From the NCBI GenBank assembly GCA_040754455.1, contig JBFMCP010000001.1:96001-160000 (forward strand): 64,000 nt of DNA, in the 5' to 3' direction. The DNA is from Nitrospirota bacterium (GTDB lineage: Bacteria; Nitrospirota; Thermodesulfovibrionia; Thermodesulfovibrionales; Dissulfurispiraceae). Position numbers and translations under genes: made by a program. Position 1 is the stretch's first letter; each line of letters starts with the position of its first letter. The notes beneath the pieces are model-generated. The model was not told where the DNA came from and made no database searches. It was given only the letters and a program-made list of their open reading frames with translations. Positions 61,472 to 64,000 of the stretch are shown here, one piece after another.

Positions 61472-62087
61472 GTTTGAGGACTATGGCTTCCAGAATATTT
61501 GCAACATCTTCGCAGCGGTCGGAGGCATCCTCAAGATGCTCGTAAATCTCTTTCCACTTAATGATGAGGATCGGATCTTTCACCTCGTCAAAGAGTTTCC
61601 CCAGAGCATCCCTGAAGTCACGGTCGATCCTGTTCTCAAGCCTGTTGATCTCGATGCAGAACTCCTGCACATGGGGGTAGTTCTTCTCCTTGAGCTTCCG
61701 TATGGTTTTGTGGATCACCTCGGTAATCATGAGGAGGTCCTTTGACATGGAGATCGCTTCCTTTGTGGTTTTCTTTATTCTAAAAACGACTATCCTGTCC
61801 ACAGCGCTCCAGATGAGGTCGATGACATCATCCAGGCGCGAGGCAAGCGCGTAGAGGTCTTCCCTGTCGATAGGGGTAATGAAGGTCTTGTTCAGCTTCT
61901 TGATAATATCATGGGTCAGCAGGTCCCCTTCCTGCTCGACCTCATAAATTTCCTTGGAGCGGACCTCGACATTATCGAAGTTTTCCATAAGGGCAACAAG
62001 GAGGGATGCACCTTTGGCAACATTCGCAGCAGCATTATCGAACAGCTCGAAGAAATCTGTTTCTTTGGGGAATAACTTTCTGATCAT
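61464..62087 (-). CDS. Pit accessory protein, DUF47 family
   Basis: FITPIDRED, KWKEIYEHLE..SDRCEDVAN. Confidence 0.9.
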   Translation of the reverse strand: MIRKLFPKETDFFELFDNAAANVAKGASLLVALMENFDNVEVRSKEIYEVEQEGDLLTHDIIKKLNKTFITPIDREDLYALASRLDDVIDLIWSAVDRIVVFRIKKTTKEAISMSKDLLMITEVIHKTIRKLKEKNYPHVQEFCIEINRLENRIDRDFRDALGKLFDEVKDPILIIKWKEIYEHLEDASDRCEDVANILEAIVLKHA

Positions 62088-62189
62088 ACGTTCCGCCGGA
62101 TAGAATATAAAAAGTAAGAGCGCGATGTCAAATACCACGAGAGGACTGTTTACCGTGACCCATCGAACGCAAACGTGGTATAGTTTCAC

Positions 62190-62993
62190 ATGATCGCATG
62201 CAGACCGTTTATCTCCCTGTTCCGAAGGATTTTCCGGTTATCTGCCTTCATCCTACTCACTACATTCTTCCTCTTTTTAGGCTCCTTCTTGAGGATATAC
62301 CCCTTTGATAACGCCAAGAGCTTGCGCCTGAGGGCGCGGTGTGCCCAGTGGTGGGCTGGGTTAAGCTGCTCTCTTCTCGGGATACATTGCACCTCTACCG
62401 GATCCTTTGAGCACGGTACGGCTTATTTTATGGTGAGCAATCACTGCAGCTATCTCGATATTCTCGTTATCGGCTGTTGTTCGCCTTCGGTCTTTATTTC
62501 CAAAAAAGAAGTTGCCTCATGGCCGCTCTTCGGATGGCTTACCAGGTTGGGGGGAACGGTCTTTGTCGACAGAGCCTCCAAAGTTGCATCGGTCAAATCA
62601 TTTCAGGAGATCAAAAAGAGGCTTAACAACAACATCAGCGTCGTTCTCTTTCCGGAGGGGACCACCAATGACGGGATCACCGTTATGGATTTTAAAAGCG
62701 CCTTTTTCAATGTGCCGATCGAAACCGCCACTCCCATCCTGCCGATCAGCCTCAGCTACTCCCATATCAACCGCGAGCCGGTGACACCGGATACCATTGA
62801 TACGATTGCATGGCACGGCGAAATGCCGCTTCTGCCGCATTTCTGGAACCTCCTCGGCCTGAAAAGGATTGACGTAAGTGTTCATTTTCATCCTGCCCTC
62901 ACGGATGTTATTCAAGACAGGAAAGAGCTCTCTTGGATAACCTGCAAAACGGTCAGGGCAGGATGTCTGTCGCTAAGGAGCAAGATACCATAG
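62190..62993 (+). CDS. Lysolipid acyltransferase (PlsC/OlsA family)
   Basis: SNHCSYLD, FPEGT, FKSAFF. Confidence 0.88.
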   Translation: MIACRPFISLFRRIFRLSAFILLTTFFLFLGSFLRIYPFDNAKSLRLRARCAQWWAGLSCSLLGIHCTSTGSFEHGTAYFMVSNHCSYLDILVIGCCSPSVFISKKEVASWPLFGWLTRLGGTVFVDRASKVASVKSFQEIKKRLNNNISVVLFPEGTTNDGITVMDFKSAFFNVPIETATPILPISLSYSHINREPVTPDTIDTIAWHGEMPLLPHFWNLLGLKRIDVSVHFHPALTDVIQDRKELSWITCKTVRAGCLSLRSKIP

Positions 62994-63055
62994 AATTGAG
63001 CGAGGAGTATGCAGGAGAAAAGGCCCCCTCACCATATACGGCTCAGGAGCTATGC

Positions 63056-63277
63056 TCAACAATCCGTTTTTTCCAGATGAGCTTCAGCAGGCTTTGACCT
63101 TTTCGTCAACGCTAATAAACCGCAAAGATAGAGGGGGCACGACTCATAATGCCTGCTCATGCATATCTTGATATCGGTATCTTTATGGTCCTTGATAAAG
63201 CCGTTTGCCATGTTGCACTGCGCTCCCTCCGCGCTCCCTTTGAGATTCGGACACACGATAATATGGTATGAAGCCAT
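63056..63277 (-). CDS. Small Cys-rich hypothetical protein
   Basis: AAGGAGG RBS; VCP-...-C-...-CMSRHYESCPLY. Confidence 0.72.
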   Translation of the reverse strand: MASYHIIVCPNLKGSAEGAQCNMANGFIKDHKDTDIKICMSRHYESCPLYLCGLLALTKRSKPAEAHLEKTDC

Positions 63278-63313
63278 GGTACCCTCCTTTTGCCATTACC
63301 ATAGCATCCAGCA

Positions 63314-63352
63314 GTTACACCAGTATTAAAGAATTGTTACATGAATGTTACA
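63314..63352 (-). promoter_or_regulatory. PHO-box-like array upstream of the Cys-rich ORF
   Basis: GTTACA/ATTAAA/GTTACA/GTTACA at 63314, 63325, 63336, 63347 (11-bp period). Confidence 0.7.
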
Positions 63353-63502
63353 GCCTTTGTGCAACAACAGTAGCATTGATGCAATAAAAATTGTTTTCAT
63401 TGGTAATTTTTGATCGCCATTATATTCCCCCATAGCGCTATAAGAAATTATGATAGAGAATTTTTCTTCATCGCGCTTGCACAACAGCAGTGTACCGCAG
63501 AA

Positions 63503-64000
63503 TCAAAGAGAAGCAGCGTTTTGGTAAAGGCTGCGCCGGGCATTCCGGAACATTTCGGCAAGGGCCTCAAAACGCTTGTCGGAGAGGATCTGCTCGAGTG
63601 AGAGCGGCGTCTTCTGCATCCAGTTGGGATACTCATCGGTCGTACCCGGCAGGTTCTGCTGGTCCATGGTGCCGATGATATCGTCAAGGCTTACCGCAAT
63701 CAGCTTGCAGGGGGTAGCGGCGAGATAACGGTAGATGGCGAGGCACAGCTCCTCGGTCATTGCACGGATCATGTCCGGGCTTACGGGAAAACTCTCAGGA
63801 AGAATACCCCTGGATTTGAGCGCATTCAGAAGGAGGCCCCTGTCCCTTTCCCGATCATGCACATACCGTTGCCACTGCTCATCATCCCTAAACAGGTTGA
63901 GCTGCTTTTTTACTGCAAGGTCCCTGCCTGCCCAATAACCATAAAGAGTCGGCAGGTCATGCGTCGTCACTGCACAGAGGGCGATATCGGGATAGTGCTC
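63503..64000 (-). CDS. malQ: 4-alpha-glucanotransferase, C-terminal part (start lies outside the window)
   Basis: TTHDLPTL.G.W, QQNLPGTTDEYPNW. Confidence 0.9.
   Translation of the reverse strand, partial: EHYPDIALCAVTTHDLPTLYGYWAGRDLAVKKQLNLFRDDEQWQRYVHDRERDRGLLLNALKSRGILPESFPVSPDMIRAMTEELCLAIYRYLAATPCKLIAVSLDDIIGTMDQQNLPGTTDEYPNWMQKTPLSLEQILSDKRFEALAEMFRNARRSLYQNAASL

Overview
Two parts. (1) 1..~20488 is the right-hand, late-gene part of a Mu-like transposable prophage with a non-contractile tail. A leftward packaging module (portal, large and small terminase) lies back-to-back with a rightward operon: protease/scaffold, capsid, lysis, accessory fibre, tail tube, frameshifted chaperones, tape measure, tail tip and tail fibre. 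The operon ends in a structured leader, a 52-aa micro-protein, a DNA adenine methyltransferase interrupted by an in-frame TAG, and tandem 22-bp end repeats. (2) ~20490..64000 is host chromosome; the gene content suggests a Nitrospirota- or Desulfobacterota-like bacterium (inference only). It carries a sigma54-driven nitrogen cluster (stand-alone NifA-type HTH, outer-membrane barrel, two amtB, two PII genes, GATase, glnA, glnE), housekeeping genes (oppBC-like, ispG, mltG, groES-groEL with CIRCE, lgt), a chemotaxis operon, pstSCAB-phoU and pit with PHO-box-like arrays, and a partial malQ. The leading candidates for new biology are the prophage right-end control unit (attenuator-like RNA, micro-protein, terminator, amber-interrupted methylase), the stand-alone NifA-type DNA-binding protein with repeated TACA-N4-TGTA sites, and two long rod-like intergenic hairpins. 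All family assignments come from motif recognition by eye, not database searches.
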